A stretch of DNA of 64,000 bases. Origin: an uncultured Clostridia bacterium. GTDB lineage: Bacteria > Bacillota > Clostridia > Christensenellales > UBA1242. Position 1 is the stretch's first letter, and every line of letters starts with the position of its first letter. Made by a program: the position numbers and the translations under genes. The stretch is from positions 138,925 to 202,924 of the forward strand of contig CAKVHW010000002.1 in NCBI GenBank assembly GCA_934754495.1, written 5' to 3'. Below, piece by piece: positions 15,001 to 20,625 of the stretch. The notes under the pieces were generated by a model. That model had not been told where the DNA came from and searched no databases. It saw nothing but the letters and a program-made list of their open reading frames with translations.

Positions 15001-18000
15001 ATGAATTCACCACATGTTTTGTAGTTTCTGTAGTTTAAAATTCCATTTCTATAAATTGCAAATGCAACATTAACTTTTTCTCCAGTTTTCACATCGGCAA
15101 TTTCAACAAACACGTCTTTATTAAATGTGTTTGTTGGCAAAACCTCATATGTAAATGATGTTGTTTTTTCGCCGTCTAGTTCAAGGTACAAACCGTTTTC
15201 TTTGTTGACTGTTGTTTTGATACTAGTAGATTTTGTAGGGTTATAAATTCTAAGAACAAAGTTGTTTCCTTCAAACACGTTATTAAATTGTTTTACAGTG
15301 CCCCTAAATACAACTTCAACAAAACCTTCTTTAAAGATTGCATTAATTAATGCTTCTCTATTTTCTGTACTAACAGCACCACTAAGTTTTGCTTCATAAG
15401 TATAAACAGTATTTAGTCTAAATGTTTCTTTTTTTGCATCGTTAAGATTGTTAATTAATGCTATGTCTTCAATACGTCTAGAATCTTCTACTGTTTCGTA
15501 AATGATGTCGTCAATACTTTCATACCAGTTTTCAGCCCACAAATAATATGTTTTACTTACTTCATTTGCGGTAATTGTAGCATATTTTAAACCATCTAAA
15601 TTAGGAATTGTTTTTGTATTGGCTTCAGATGCATCAAATATTGTCTTATACCAATTAATATTTTCTGCAACATTCACTCTATAATATCTTGTACCACCCA
15701 CTTCAATGAAAGACATTACATGTTGGTCGCCCACAAGGTCGCCATAACTAACAGTTGTTGCACCAAGTTTTGTAACAGTATCAGTAGCATTATTCATTGT
15801 GTAATTTTGATACAAATTACCATAGTTTTCCATGTCAAACATGTCATCGCCAGAAGCGGTTGTTATTTTTAATTGAATTTCTGCAAATGCCTTAGCAATA
15901 TCGGCATCTTTTAAGTTTGTAGCATCATACACCGTGAATGTGTTTTTGTTAAGTTTAGCATTCGATATTTTTTCAAACACATAAGTATTAATAATAATTG
16001 AATTTGCAATACCATTAACATGAATTACAAGTGGCGTACTTACAAATTTACCATCTTTAACACTTGTTGTTGAAGTGGCAGTTGTTATAAGTTTACCGCC
16101 TTCATTCTTAACCCAGCGAACATAACTTGTATTTGTGTCGATTTCCACACCTTCATTAACCGCAACTTTTTCAATGTTTCCGTTATACAAGAATAATCTG
16201 TACACGTCAAAGTTGATTGTTGTGTTAGTAGCCAAAACTAAGTAGTCAAAGAATGTGTATGTATGTTCCATTCCATTAAGGTCCATGTACTTAACAGAAT
16301 CTCTGCTTAGTGTAAATGCATCGCTAACACTACTTGTTAGTTCGCCAGCACCTTCACTATCGCTGTTCCAACTAGCAAAGAAGCCAGTATTGTTTTTATC
16401 AACATCTAAAAGTAAAAGTTCATCAACATATTTTAGCCCAACATTAATTCTACAACTAGAAGAAATACCAGTAATCATTCTAAGTGTTAATTGTGTTCCA
16501 CTTGGAGTAAAGTATTTGTCTAGTTTGAAATTAGGAGTAAAGAAAACCTTATTGCCTTCAAATGTAACTCTACCAGAACCACCATTTGTAAGGCTCACAT
16601 CACTAATAACATCACGAGCAGTGATATTAGTGTCGGTAAATTCATATATCAAAGTAGGTTGTAAGTCAGCCGACTTTTCAATAATGATTGTTTTATCGGT
16701 TAAATTAAAATCACTAATACTTGCCGAAACGTGAACCTTAATATTTACATCTTTTGTGTAAATTTGTGCTTCTTTTCCTTGACCATAGTTGTCGGTATAA
16801 AACTTAGACGTCATGGTAAGCACAATTGAAATCGTAAATGTGTCGTTGCTACTGCTCTTTAGGTAAAGAGTTGTGCCATTTGCAAATTCTGTTGCGCTAC
16901 CTGCACTTGTATCAACAACTGTGCCGTTTTCGTTCATAACAACAATGGTAGATTCCATTGTATTAATTTTAAATGTCATGTCGGTGGCAGAACTATCGTA
17001 CACTTTTAGTTTTGTTCCAAAGGTACTGCTGTAATCCTTAAACACCATCAACATTTTTTCTGAATTATAAGATTCATCGTTAATTTTTAAATTTGTTGCA
17101 GTAGGAACATTTATTACTTTAAAGTTTACAACAATCTTTTTAGTAAATTGCCCATCGTACTCGCCAGTGCTTTTTCCACCTGTATAATCAACCTTAAACA
17201 CTAAAGTTTGATTACCAGCTTCTCGTGGTTCAACATCAAACACGAATGTTGTACTGCCACCACTAATTGATGTGCTTACTTTTGTTACACCAATTATTTC
17301 GTTTCCAAGGTCATCAACTGTAACTTTGTAATCGGTGTAATTTAGTACCATTCTAATTTGTCCACCAAAGAAATACTTATCACCTATTGTTTCTGCCCCA
17401 CTCTTCTCACCTTCTGGAAGATTAGGATTAGCAAACAACAAATCATATTCAACTTGGTCTTCTTTCTTTTCGTTTGGTTCTACACTATTAAATGTGTTTT
17501 GAGCACCCACACTAAACACAATGTGTGCTGTAGGAGTGCTGGTGTTTGTATTGCTATAAAATTTAAATGGTTTTATTACTTTAACTCTTAGATAAGTATC
17601 TTTAGTTGTTATATCTTCTTTGCCCTCAATTGCTGACCTTGCACCAAGTTTAATATAACAATTTCCTTCACCATCTACCAATTCTGAGTTTTCAGAAATT
17701 CTGAAATCTTTTAAGTCAAGCACATTGTCTTTAATAAGTTTATCGGCACTTCCTTGACCTTGATACAATCTTCTTGTTTCTTCAGAAATATAGTACTTAA
17801 CCTCGGTTTGGCTTGTTGCTGATGGTGTAAAGTTTATATATCTTCTTGAGTTTCCGTTAAGGTCTAGTTTTCCACCTTCTTCACACACAAGTTCCACATC
17901 GTTTTTAAATGCCATTTCTTTCACTTCAACATCAATGCGAATTTTAATTATTTCCGTGCGGTTGCCTTCTGCCGTTTTTATAGGTATTTCTGTATAACCT

Positions 18001-18320
18001 GTCTTAACACCCTTAAATTCTAACACATAATGGCCGGCTTCGTTGTTTTCTTTTACTTCAACCGAAACAAACTCATCGCCCAGCCTACCGCCGTACTTAG
18101 GAAGTTCTATGTCTTTGCTTATAGATTTTGGTGCATCAACATCAACTATTAGTCGCTGTGGCTCGCTCACAAGTTCGTTGTTTTCGCCCTCAACCATTGT
18201 AATGTTAAGTTCGTTGCTACTAACTGTAAGTTTTACTTTTTCGTATGGGTCACCACCACAAGCAGCCACTCCAAACAATGTAAATATAGCCAAAAGTAAT
18301 ACACAAAATCTTTTTTTCAT
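1..18320 (-). CDS. Giant cell-surface lipoprotein, N-terminal 6,106 codons; the C-terminus and stop codon lie beyond the left window edge
   Basis: ATG at 18320 has a GAGGA about 10 nt upstream and an in-frame TGA at 18324-18326. The N-terminus MKKRFCVLLLAIFTLFGVAAC/GGDP is a signal peptide plus lipobox. My hand translation of this minus frame found no stop from 18320 to 1. The ORF track lists no ORF in this frame, which fits a frame with no in-window stop. The body contains many [IV]GG[ILV][IV]G GLUG-type turns. Confidence 0.85.
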   Translation of the reverse strand, partial: MKKRFCVLLLAIFTLFGVAACGGDPYEKVKLTVSSNELNITMVEGENNELVSEPQRLIVDVDAPKSISKDIELPKYGGRLGDEFVSVEVKENNEAGHYVLEFKGVKTGYTEIPIKTAEGNRTEIIKIRIDVEVKEMAFKNDVELVCEEGGKLDLNGNSRRYINFTPSATSQTEVKYYISEETRRLYQGQGSADKLIKDNVLDLKDFRISENSELVDGEGNCYIKLGARSAIEGKEDITTKDTYLRVKVIKPFKFYSNTNTSTPTAHIVFSVGAQNTFNSVEPNEKKEDQVEYDLLFANPNLPEGEKSGAETIGDKYFFGGQIRMVLNYTDYKVTVDDLGNEIIGVTKVSTSISGGSTTFVFDVEPREAGNQTLVFKVDYTGGKSTGEYDGQFTKKIVVNFKVINVPTATNLKINDESYNSEKMLMVFKDYSSTFGTKLKVYDSSATDMTFKINTMESTIVVMNENGTVVDTSAGSATEFANGTTLYLKSSSNDTFTISIVLTMTSKFYTDNYGQGKEAQIYTKDVNIKVHVSASISDFNLTDKTIIIEKSADLQPTLIYEFTDTNITARDVISDVSLTNGGSGRVTFEGNKVFFTPNFKLDKYFTPSGTQLTLRMITGISSSCRINVGLKYVDELLLLDVDKNNTGFFASWNSDSEGAGELTSSVSDAFTLSRDSVKYMDLNGMEHTYTFFDYLVLATNTTINFDVYRLFLYNGNIEKVAVNEGVEIDTNTSYVRWVKNEGGKLITTATSTTSVKDGKFVSTPLVIHVNGIANSIIINTYVFEKISNAKLNKNTFTVYDATNLKDADIAKAFAEIQLKITTASGDDMFDMENYGNLYQNYTMNNATDTVTKLGATTVSYGDLVGDQHVMSFIEVGGTRYYRVNVAENINWYKTIFDASEANTKTIPNLDGLKYATITANEVSKTYYLWAENWYESIDDIIYETVEDSRRIEDIALINNLNDAKKETFRLNTVYTYEAKLSGAVSTENREALINAIFKEGFVEVVFRGTVKQFNNVFEGNNFVLRIYNPTKSTSIKTTVNKENGLYLELDGEKTTSFTYEVLPTNTFNKDVFVEIADVKTGEKVNVAFAIYRNGILNYRNYKTCGEFINGTYNNDAPLFKVTLKNNQVVIEYLGTTAGKYICTVGAVDQISDGQFNLKTEFNINVADGTQENPYQIRSRSDFEKYLQGTKVINGETTEIADKYYVLANEIILNNVITNPNYVLKNNLSGIFTKYISKTETLTYKYKIYGLNMLFTSDSVNTSFGLFASVRAGITLDHVNFENVNVTVRGEFNREINIGVIAGNVNSSLVVKNSRVNGTITVVQNGSGAVNVGGMFGKTNGKVEVTGAPSESTINNSNINANIAISVSTLQGNNNDINVGGIVGFVGVSEGNFANISEVNVLARLTALKYEKANSTVAMDFAKANIGGVVGYAQNITINKAIVYPVIAGHSNVGGIAGYVQYAEINDSQVQMLYNINMKNIIAGYNNVGGVVGTAENARLEYTYVRSYTSQDINTYDGNVKVMEAMASKYLGAVVVLQNNSPEFATGQYIGGLVGAVTKVKSEDLKLDNSLTINNSYFNSHIASNAYASQERAGAFVGFKSTLDNGGEDASIKIENSYFDGKANVNNMLKLVFADAIAVADTNNKEYTSEPTTYTYNILGDKNLDKHSNYVVVQETAVSKTTFKINETLDSTTISKVYAKLNGSLFTIEQDKNIFNDKISYFGLTTKVSESTIIVFRNNDQLRLSAYRRDLASSPLADSYEYYRLEGSSEISSFDSYKVDLLQSLIGYNFINGKADTKSLLKLKTLRVGVNDTVASETQNDIIGVLARFGGTGSSLAEQVASINTRSEMKKVESGKYAYDQTQNKSNVVYNESITGDIVAIGEKAAEFKPIIKFTYEDNTYYINTNNWSNVYSDKECLTIVRDFNEYWLANVPEQKTIETTEDLLKEITLSEEDGDIVIDGNKVTRIFFISNSKSNPYEGKLYYYSGVKMYVYGDVILSSNTSDTCEFGGKIYTKLIAGTGMLVGNLYQYGGYESGYYATIPLEDDKDSSKKIIHYYEGNPTIIVKSVNSTINPNGTVTITIGGVDYTLENGVLVDASGQEFNLSGGNRYYVNEKLNINIENKVLTNNKILNIYNIINKTEYKTIQELFTANGFKNFDGEIYLVFKRYYYDGAHWYGNYTEEGGLENLVDDKETSDKLDTLPKIVIKGNISYVEVTELEINATFGISTYYSTDDPTSEYYQKWYKKYDKSEGVETLSEEVTDANTLARLNSSTSNIVEGSTAIKYVSFNVWQYVNNDISDQFVIDMLNARKLQEVENGGNKYYYSAHWYNDASHATAVVDSKVLAKLGLVTVVSGESYVLVTRYYQNGDGWVDENGNAINDSATLEIIGGLAIKTAEDGRKYVEYEKTYYYHTYWTDSKGNILDKSTNATLIETLMTKLNSGNATTVGSATVKLYKNGDNWSYDENYVGGDDYYNNVKDKFIIKQGVTTTNLQQDFSVFVDGHTYYITIVDGFFAIENEDGSGVFPHNKEVSCENNILTFKDNNTGEIRTATISSGPNAHKWVITNKINGGLPVMIKPYLTITDKISESKYELWFDTLATLNLIVNDFNVDETSRKYYVVDGDEELQGHVLYDSDTVILMYNTPTTSGDSKNLNSYKMSYGITSDGYYVASINGKILEISALKINKDTASQMIVASSNQDVVYVDTSNDSYITIKVRNVGQATLTFYNLKDDGINVKFNIVVVKGFTDFVVKHDKTDEMVESFNLTVGVAEDYSFGFENILNGIDYPANTSGFQVVVKSVDGNTNISTEATSSVKFGTDIIDGKMVGKTLDFNYTTTLSLLALDKVGTGEIKLSITPFVIFNNEKVFVSSLAKEITINVVVEALNVMFSEDEARISAQNEKEISVIVYSNNGDGLQTVTLSANGINDILVDVSKGFNSSTNLVVDSTSEASLLKIRLRKYEFVKDNNAVGEVAIHRHIFTFVLSMNLEDYVNIYAKGNNPLYYDKEFVIKATSGSKESTFNFTIAPNPVSTLDAYFYPVKEENGSAFDQSDIWAIAPGKQGILKVEITPDYNNVLLVEVQLDSQYLNYVDISQQYISSMDLDNNSVTYSKLPTTNTLVGNKIILWNTIVDYPSLLPSQYGGSSSVLDMAQGEYYLLFNFRTTMPQDVYFPITVNLYDKDRNVIVSETKQLHVESFPKITATLDKYSDGIIGKGEIVPLTITAKNVDTEINWNLRAADGSIVAKNIMYYMDNKGVLQPVLMDSEIDLSKKYYLDTGALTYGKYTLNFSGKREINKTTFSADKTVELQIVSFTLEDINELDAVDGVVTIKNATTKTLKAVATLNEKAYDYNYGVLKPKELEKYNALVSAISGSDDGVNWYVATSNGYEKLLANKIYSGFKFLTEDGLCKIKALSISTNTLRLTFHYYYDINGDIVITDQYNIEGYTVFMFDYYFTLVIEDNSSEDHPNPINTQEDLEKMQEGASYILQCDIDLISWKPIDFNANYLDGNGYTLNIKSLDLTNEKGSTEAYVGLFKTISENSIVKNLNINIAQLLVSSSTYNSMKNGNTTPNIDLRETELVYFGVLAGNNEGTVINVKVVNYNMLDNNNYLYVALSTGYYSVGGSQTTSTGYIGGLVGQNTGVIADSMVGVRNNGSITASVSTNESSKQVRVNGFKLAGANRVAGFVSFNAGTISNSFTSDISIVNNATITRNSHTAGFVGQNTGKVYSCAVTSNSITSFRATSTTIESLVSVGGFTYLNTGRIEDCYTNIQIKNVSTQTAGFVYENGAKGEIVNAYTTSRNLEIDKNSSSHSLFVSVKPMFGTLKNCYYAIVDNELGLGANADLEILRGLDPAVGLNLITDSVISQSYFTGFTFVSDKSSVDGVWLYNENALPTLANCENVEIYTCRELISAPSSYFVIEVDASGVGTADVYDLTFSSLDTTLQIKNNTFKYYGIEIKKLSAVSSDWVYVSPLSGETITLTTTEREGKTYYRYSDNVSTQNGTETLFNYSYTQNNPGSRNNPLVVTTAEEFAKYIVTNTQKRNGKYVFGGTTDDGDSSTARYVKVVRDLDFSDNKITYKYKISGASDQISITDIIFNGVLMGNSMTLSNIYLVNQQATESDNWGIFSQIGLGSEKNDVANAFVFNLKLNYREVSSENSRKVGVLAGTINNATITKIDIVGPQDSKESDVVGGKYMVGGLAGLIVGDNTKISEITTSNVRVMANYVTDTSSGAGDNEAFNLTENFKVDNVNYNEFSYTDSNQRVHKIGVTLKKHDYNIDWSNLNISYAGAIAGAVVGTSGVDFDYSNPSIYKKDENDPTYANLRTGRTTIQNLTVKDNLAVNSMVSGGVFGYLGGKYSLNGVNESKSDILIVKDVKVELNSDNLNQSVFGMAYAGGIVGYSYKAALIESRIEHAETIQETIDAQINTITAGNVSANNFFVNNLGDVSSRNIAIGGLIGYSNMVAIVDSYSKLNVINPYSYIAGGLVGQAVGMLYMAYDYTIGDVDASTMIGGAIGYKMYGRKSGAERDLYLINVVSSNVWSNNVVTYVNDINKFLNFAGSTRSENSMFEVGNITGAYTYSPTTESARFRYLGSLIGRVSCATLSDGSAVEETPANNINPSSSYIGASDYLVSTYTTGYRENISGTREERYATIYTNNFFNVISSTYGGVSHTGSLDNENYTSKISNNALSLYCRSISETTNDTITRYTEEYTSPYRIGKQYYISYITGDYLISNPSGTDLGNFKNEFMTNWGFIVDISEYTEADMLNKVFTISNPKASTIWYVNTKLYLPRYGYNTTSNVIEINNDDDLKTALTFGYKDKIYKINKNYKFIDVATGNEVPSSPLYVELADITLTKNGGGNSGRFFDRSVEISFTEIPYKVTIENTDINLSSCVFFANSVVSVNVTLLAASDSSNYNGMYNILSGCNFTNVKFNINATKRVGLAGGKSGIGTSHSEGYLGLFANNTSGCNFTNCEIIINIPDTIQLISYDTDTLNVSTYGHIIGRAYRSSFINCKLQVNGGSTIVSNKDTIANAGGIIGNLLYSNIDGITYKIGSVDYKITSNKGTISLGGFAGTSQGSVIGALTATDENITATVTKGASSSNIYIGGVFGRVAIDGSSFANSKFNKIRISGVSIINATGVTKNAKIVGIGAIVGSSSGVGYSDVDALGCNVTIRAISNTDKEYIGLIAGYSSGDVINGVETGYYDDGTKVYSEINYTFIGVADAGNGIPATEVNSRKGIAIGGIAGLCDSSIQKTGNTAKINIIVEANETTATANSLAIGGIVGSNNKNAINIEESYNMANIDLVNLNGGASNNFAILKTYTYVGGIIGQATKTVAFKNVANYGDILYDEQAKDSTGKEAQSNKIKLGGIIGYTTASISLNGVMDYTRFYAYSDKMEFVVKNIAGVETKITNVENKKNQASYSAITKGLKVVEGSQNYYFVSEFDPATASDGKNKNLVNNHVSYGLLQDFNITDSNGVSLLNNADSKGSKHYLAMFTSSFESYDKFYEMISTYTTFNNAGNKNNPNNPTTLVANVAANTYNVFTGDSFTTIAEGLNVGSGAILTSNKTNGDFKVVIKRTKVTTGLNLFNKNDGIISNILFVLRKTEFEKVEGAVSAYTFFMNENNGMLYNIAFVSGLTNNDKYVLNVGQSEISVISSNYGEIYKSGTMMVFVKAAAVNQDGKEEVSSVLKDDKFSNFVLYNYGTIAESYTTSKFNGTINSNVEFGALCYSNQGTIRNCLAGGRFGKTYVGGGVKAISAGSSGSKIATCSDGEISEFVMKESSYNYTNADTVESTNKSIWVVKNGNFHINEGYPYIRNGIQIPTDPFGQKEVDIQTVAELKNMIYAFNAYDDMYGAVTPIGEGTKFNASNIQTVNFDIEEKKTINKPFTLNVSNYGKVTGSIQGVTFNSSIISTNNGEISQFSLKEISINGTASIDTNKGTIKDFSASSVAVSSKISDGSIDTNAYSVGVYKNEGTITTSDGVSTIISNSKILKTQDCGGLVYKNSGTINGDIEITNLSISLYGHVNMISGVIGDLYNKTLDSKITVNGLNIDGKDTTYYSYSSMVAGVLAGFDNTTITKDISVTGLNFSQVSSENVSGVFGGCSHRNSIKV

Positions 18321-18370
18321 TTTTCATTTCCTCATAAGTTTATTTAATTTACTTACAAAATTATATATAT

Positions 18371-18399
18371 ATTATATATATACCCCTTTTTTAAGTCAA
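18371..18399 (-). promoter_or_regulatory. Sigma-A-type promoter of the giant lipoprotein gene
   Basis: The minus strand reads TTGACT (18399-18394), a 17-nt spacer (taaaaaaggggtatata), then TATAAT (18376-18371). This leaves a leader of roughly 45 nt before ATG 18320. The -10 element sits inside an alternating TA tract. Confidence 0.45.
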
Positions 18400-18453
18400 A
18401 TATTTACACTAAGTAATGCAAAGTTTTTTACCTCAAAAAACAAAAAATAATCC

Positions 18454-18482
18454 TTGATTATACCCCCTAGCTGTGCTATTAT
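18454..18482 (+). promoter_or_regulatory. Sigma-A-type promoter with an extended -10, upstream of the ttcA-like gene
   Basis: TTGATT (18454-18459), 17-nt spacer, then TGcTATTAT (-10 at 18477-18482). An AGGAG RBS lies at about 18497-18501 and the ATG at 18508. Confidence 0.4.
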
Positions 18483-18507
18483 AACTACTGATATTTAGGA
18501 GTAAATT

Positions 18508-19233
18508 ATGCAACAAATTTTATCATCAATGCGTAAAGCAATAGAAAGTTATAATATGATTCAAAGTGGCGACCGAATTGCTGTAGGTGTTTCTGGCGGA
18601 AAAGATAGCATGGTGCTACTTAAAGCACTTAAAGAATATTCAAGATTTGCCACCACCCCTTTTGAAGTGGTTGGAATTACAATCGACATGTTTAATGATG
18701 GCAATTTTCAACCAGTTGTAGATTTTTGCAAGCAAGAAAATATTGAATACCACATAATTCCAAGCGATATTTACAAAATTGTTTTTGAAGAAAGAAAAGA
18801 AAAAAATCCTTGCAGTCTTTGTTCTAAATTAAGACGTGGTATGCTCAACACCAATGCGATTGCACTTGGTTGCAACAAACTTGCCCTTGGACACTCTGCC
18901 GATGATATGGTACACACATTTTTACTAAGCCTATTTTATGAAGGCAGACTTAGCACACTTTCACCTACCAGTTACCTTGACCGTACAGGCATAACAGTAA
19001 TTAGACCACTAATTCTAACTGACGAACGTGACATAATTTCTGCCAGCAAAAAACTTCCGGTTATTAAAAGCAAATGTCCAGTAGATAAACACACCCAACG
19101 CGAATACACTAAGGACGTTATTAAAGAAATTCAAAAGCAAATTCCTTTTGTAAAGGATCGTATTTTTGGAGCAATTACTCACCCCGAACGCAACAACTTA
19201 CCACCAGAACAAATACCAAGAGATAAAAAATAA
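18508..19233 (+). CDS. ttcA: PP-loop ATPase, tRNA 2-thiocytidine biosynthesis TtcA family
   Basis: SGGKDS PP-loop motif and the PCSLCSKLRRG signature typical of TtcA. A good RBS precedes the ATG. Confidence 0.7.
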   Translation: MQQILSSMRKAIESYNMIQSGDRIAVGVSGGKDSMVLLKALKEYSRFATTPFEVVGITIDMFNDGNFQPVVDFCKQENIEYHIIPSDIYKIVFEERKEKNPCSLCSKLRRGMLNTNAIALGCNKLALGHSADDMVHTFLLSLFYEGRLSTLSPTSYLDRTGITVIRPLILTDERDIISASKKLPVIKSKCPVDKHTQREYTKDVIKEIQKQIPFVKDRIFGAITHPERNNLPPEQIPRDKK

Positions 19234-19249
19234 ATTTAATTTTTCACTC

Positions 19250-19279
19250 AAAAAAACGGCTTAGTTAAGCCGTTTTTTG
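19250..19279. terminator. Bidirectional rho-independent terminator between ttcA and spoIIID
   Basis: aaaaaACGGCTTagtTAAGCCGTttttt: a GC-containing stem flanked by an A-run and a T-run. It overlaps the spoIIID stop codon. Confidence 0.7.
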
Positions 19280-19509
19280 TATTTAATCCTTGTAGATTCT
19301 CCACCTCTAAGGTGTTTCTCCTTAAAGTTGTTTTTTAGCAGTATCTGAACTCTTAAATACAACTCATAGTTTTCGTATTTTAGTTTTTTAGAAAGATCGG
19401 TATGCACCGTACTTTTACTTAGTCCAAAAGCCTTTGCAGTTTTTCTTATTGTGCTACAATTTTCCAAAATATACATTCCCAGATTCTCCGACCTAGTCAA
19501 ACAATTCAT
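19261..19509 (-). CDS. spoIIID: Stage III sporulation transcriptional regulator SpoIIID
   Basis: HTH segment IRKTAKAFGLSKSTVHTDL and C-terminal HLRGGESTRIKYKK match SpoIIID. I prefer ATG 19509, which follows GGAGGGGAG, over the track's GTG at 19521. Confidence 0.85.
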   Translation of the reverse strand: MNCLTRSENLGMYILENCSTIRKTAKAFGLSKSTVHTDLSKKLKYENYELYLRVQILLKNNFKEKHLRGGESTRIKYKKRLN

Positions 19510-19582
19510 ACTCCCCTCCACATATTTTGGCTACAACTTAGTCATTAACAAAATATATGTCGAAAAATATACAAATATGTTA

Positions 19583-19622
19583 AAAAAAAGAAAAACACAA
19601 AGAATTTTAGACCTTTGTGTTT
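19583..19622 (-). terminator. Rho-independent terminator downstream of acpP
   Basis: Plus-strand ACACAAAG (19595-19602) pairs with CTTTGTGT (19613-19620). On the minus strand the hairpin is followed by a T-run. Confidence 0.65.
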
Positions 19623-19640
19623 TTATTCAATATTTATAAT

Positions 19641-19871
19641 TTATTTTTTGGTTTTTGCTTCAAGCATTTTTACAATGTCGCCAACTGTTTTTAAATTAAC
19701 AGCTTCTTCATCAGAAACAGAAACACCAAAACTATCTTCCATTGTCATTAATAATTCAACAACATCTAATGAATCAGCGCCAAGATCTTCTACTATCTTG
19801 CTTTCAAGTTTAATTTTATCTGCCTTTAGGTTTAGTTGTTCCATTAAAATTGCTTTTACTTTATCAAACAT
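19641..19871 (-). CDS. acpP: Acyl carrier protein
   Basis: 76 aa with the DLGADSLDVVEL phosphopantetheine-attachment motif. Confidence 0.85.
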   Translation of the reverse strand: MFDKVKAILMEQLNLKADKIKLESKIVEDLGADSLDVVELLMTMEDSFGVSVSDEEAVNLKTVGDIVKMLEAKTKK

Positions 19872-19968
19872 AATTACTACCGCCTTAATCTTTCATACCA
19901 CGATTATATAAAGTTTTTTAAAAAGTGTAAAGCAAATAAACCCATTTTTAATGTTTTTTGATTTTTTG

Positions 19969-20565
19969 TTATTTATTTTCCAACATTAAATAACCAGAAG
20001 GGTCAATCTTTTTATCATTGTCAAGCATTTCAAAATGAAGATGAGTACCAGCACTTAACTCCGAATGAGCAGTTTTGCCAGCAGTACCAATAACATCTCC
20101 TTTGCTTACATTTTGCCCAACCTTAACACTTACATTATCACCAAGCGAACCATACACACTTTTTAAGTTGTTTCCATGATTAATAACAACATAATTACCT
20201 CTTAAGTAGTTGTTGCCCACTTCTTCAACCGTACCATTAGCAACCGACAATACATTACTTCCATCTTCGCAAGAAAAGTCAGTAGCCAAGTGTGCTTCAT
20301 ACTGTTTTAATGTTTCGTTGTATTGTAATTTGGTATTACTATACCCCTTAATAATTTCAGCATTCAATAACGGCAAACCAAATGTCAACTTGCTTGCGTT
20401 AACTGGCTTGTCATCAACATTATTAACAACATTACCCTTCCCCTTTGTTCCATTTGATGCAATAAGAGCAATAATTAAAACCAATGCACATACACCAAAC
20501 ACAATTAAGTACCCATACTTTTTAAATAGATAAATTCCTCTTTCTTTTTTAGTCATTTTTTCCAT
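19969..20565 (-). CDS. Membrane-anchored M23 (LytM) metallopeptidase, possible clostridial-type SpoIIQ
   Basis: N-terminal TM helix (LIVFGVCALVLIIALIA), HxxxD (HLATD) and HLHFE zinc-ligand motifs, and GDVIGTAG. ATG 20565 follows AAGGAGG; the track's TTG at 20571 is less likely. The SpoIIQ assignment rests on architecture and proximity to spoIIID. Confidence 0.75.
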   Translation of the reverse strand: MEKMTKKERGIYLFKKYGYLIVFGVCALVLIIALIASNGTKGKGNVVNNVDDKPVNASKLTFGLPLLNAEIIKGYSNTKLQYNETLKQYEAHLATDFSCEDGSNVLSVANGTVEEVGNNYLRGNYVVINHGNNLKSVYGSLGDNVSVKVGQNVSKGDVIGTAGKTAHSELSAGTHLHFEMLDNDKKIDPSGYLMLENK

Positions 20566-20625
20566 AACCAAAACCTCCTTGATGTTTAATATTTGCCACT
20601 AAATGCTAGGCATATACCTGCAATT

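Noticed and set aside
1-18320. The idea that the lack of listed long ORFs means 18 kb of non-coding DNA, or an alternative genetic code.
   Set aside because: One minus frame is completely open and encodes coherent protein repeats. Elsewhere in the window TAA and TGA clearly terminate recognisable genes, for example pth at TGA and ttcA at TAA. Code 11 therefore applies, and the gap is an artefact of the missing in-window stop.
18361-18383. Alternating TA tract as a microsatellite, CRISPR-like repeat or mobile-element end.
   Set aside because: It is a single short AT-only tract inside a promoter. It has no spacer-repeat periodicity and no partner inverted repeat. It is kept only as a low-interest phase-variation hypothesis.
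630-18450. About 30 plus-strand ORFs of 60-160 aa listed by the track across the first 18 kb, for example 16255..16734 and 18043..18450.
   Set aside because: All lie antisense to the continuous minus-strand giant ORF. Their products are low-complexity L/S/T/I/F-rich strings without motifs or RBSs. They are shadow ORFs.
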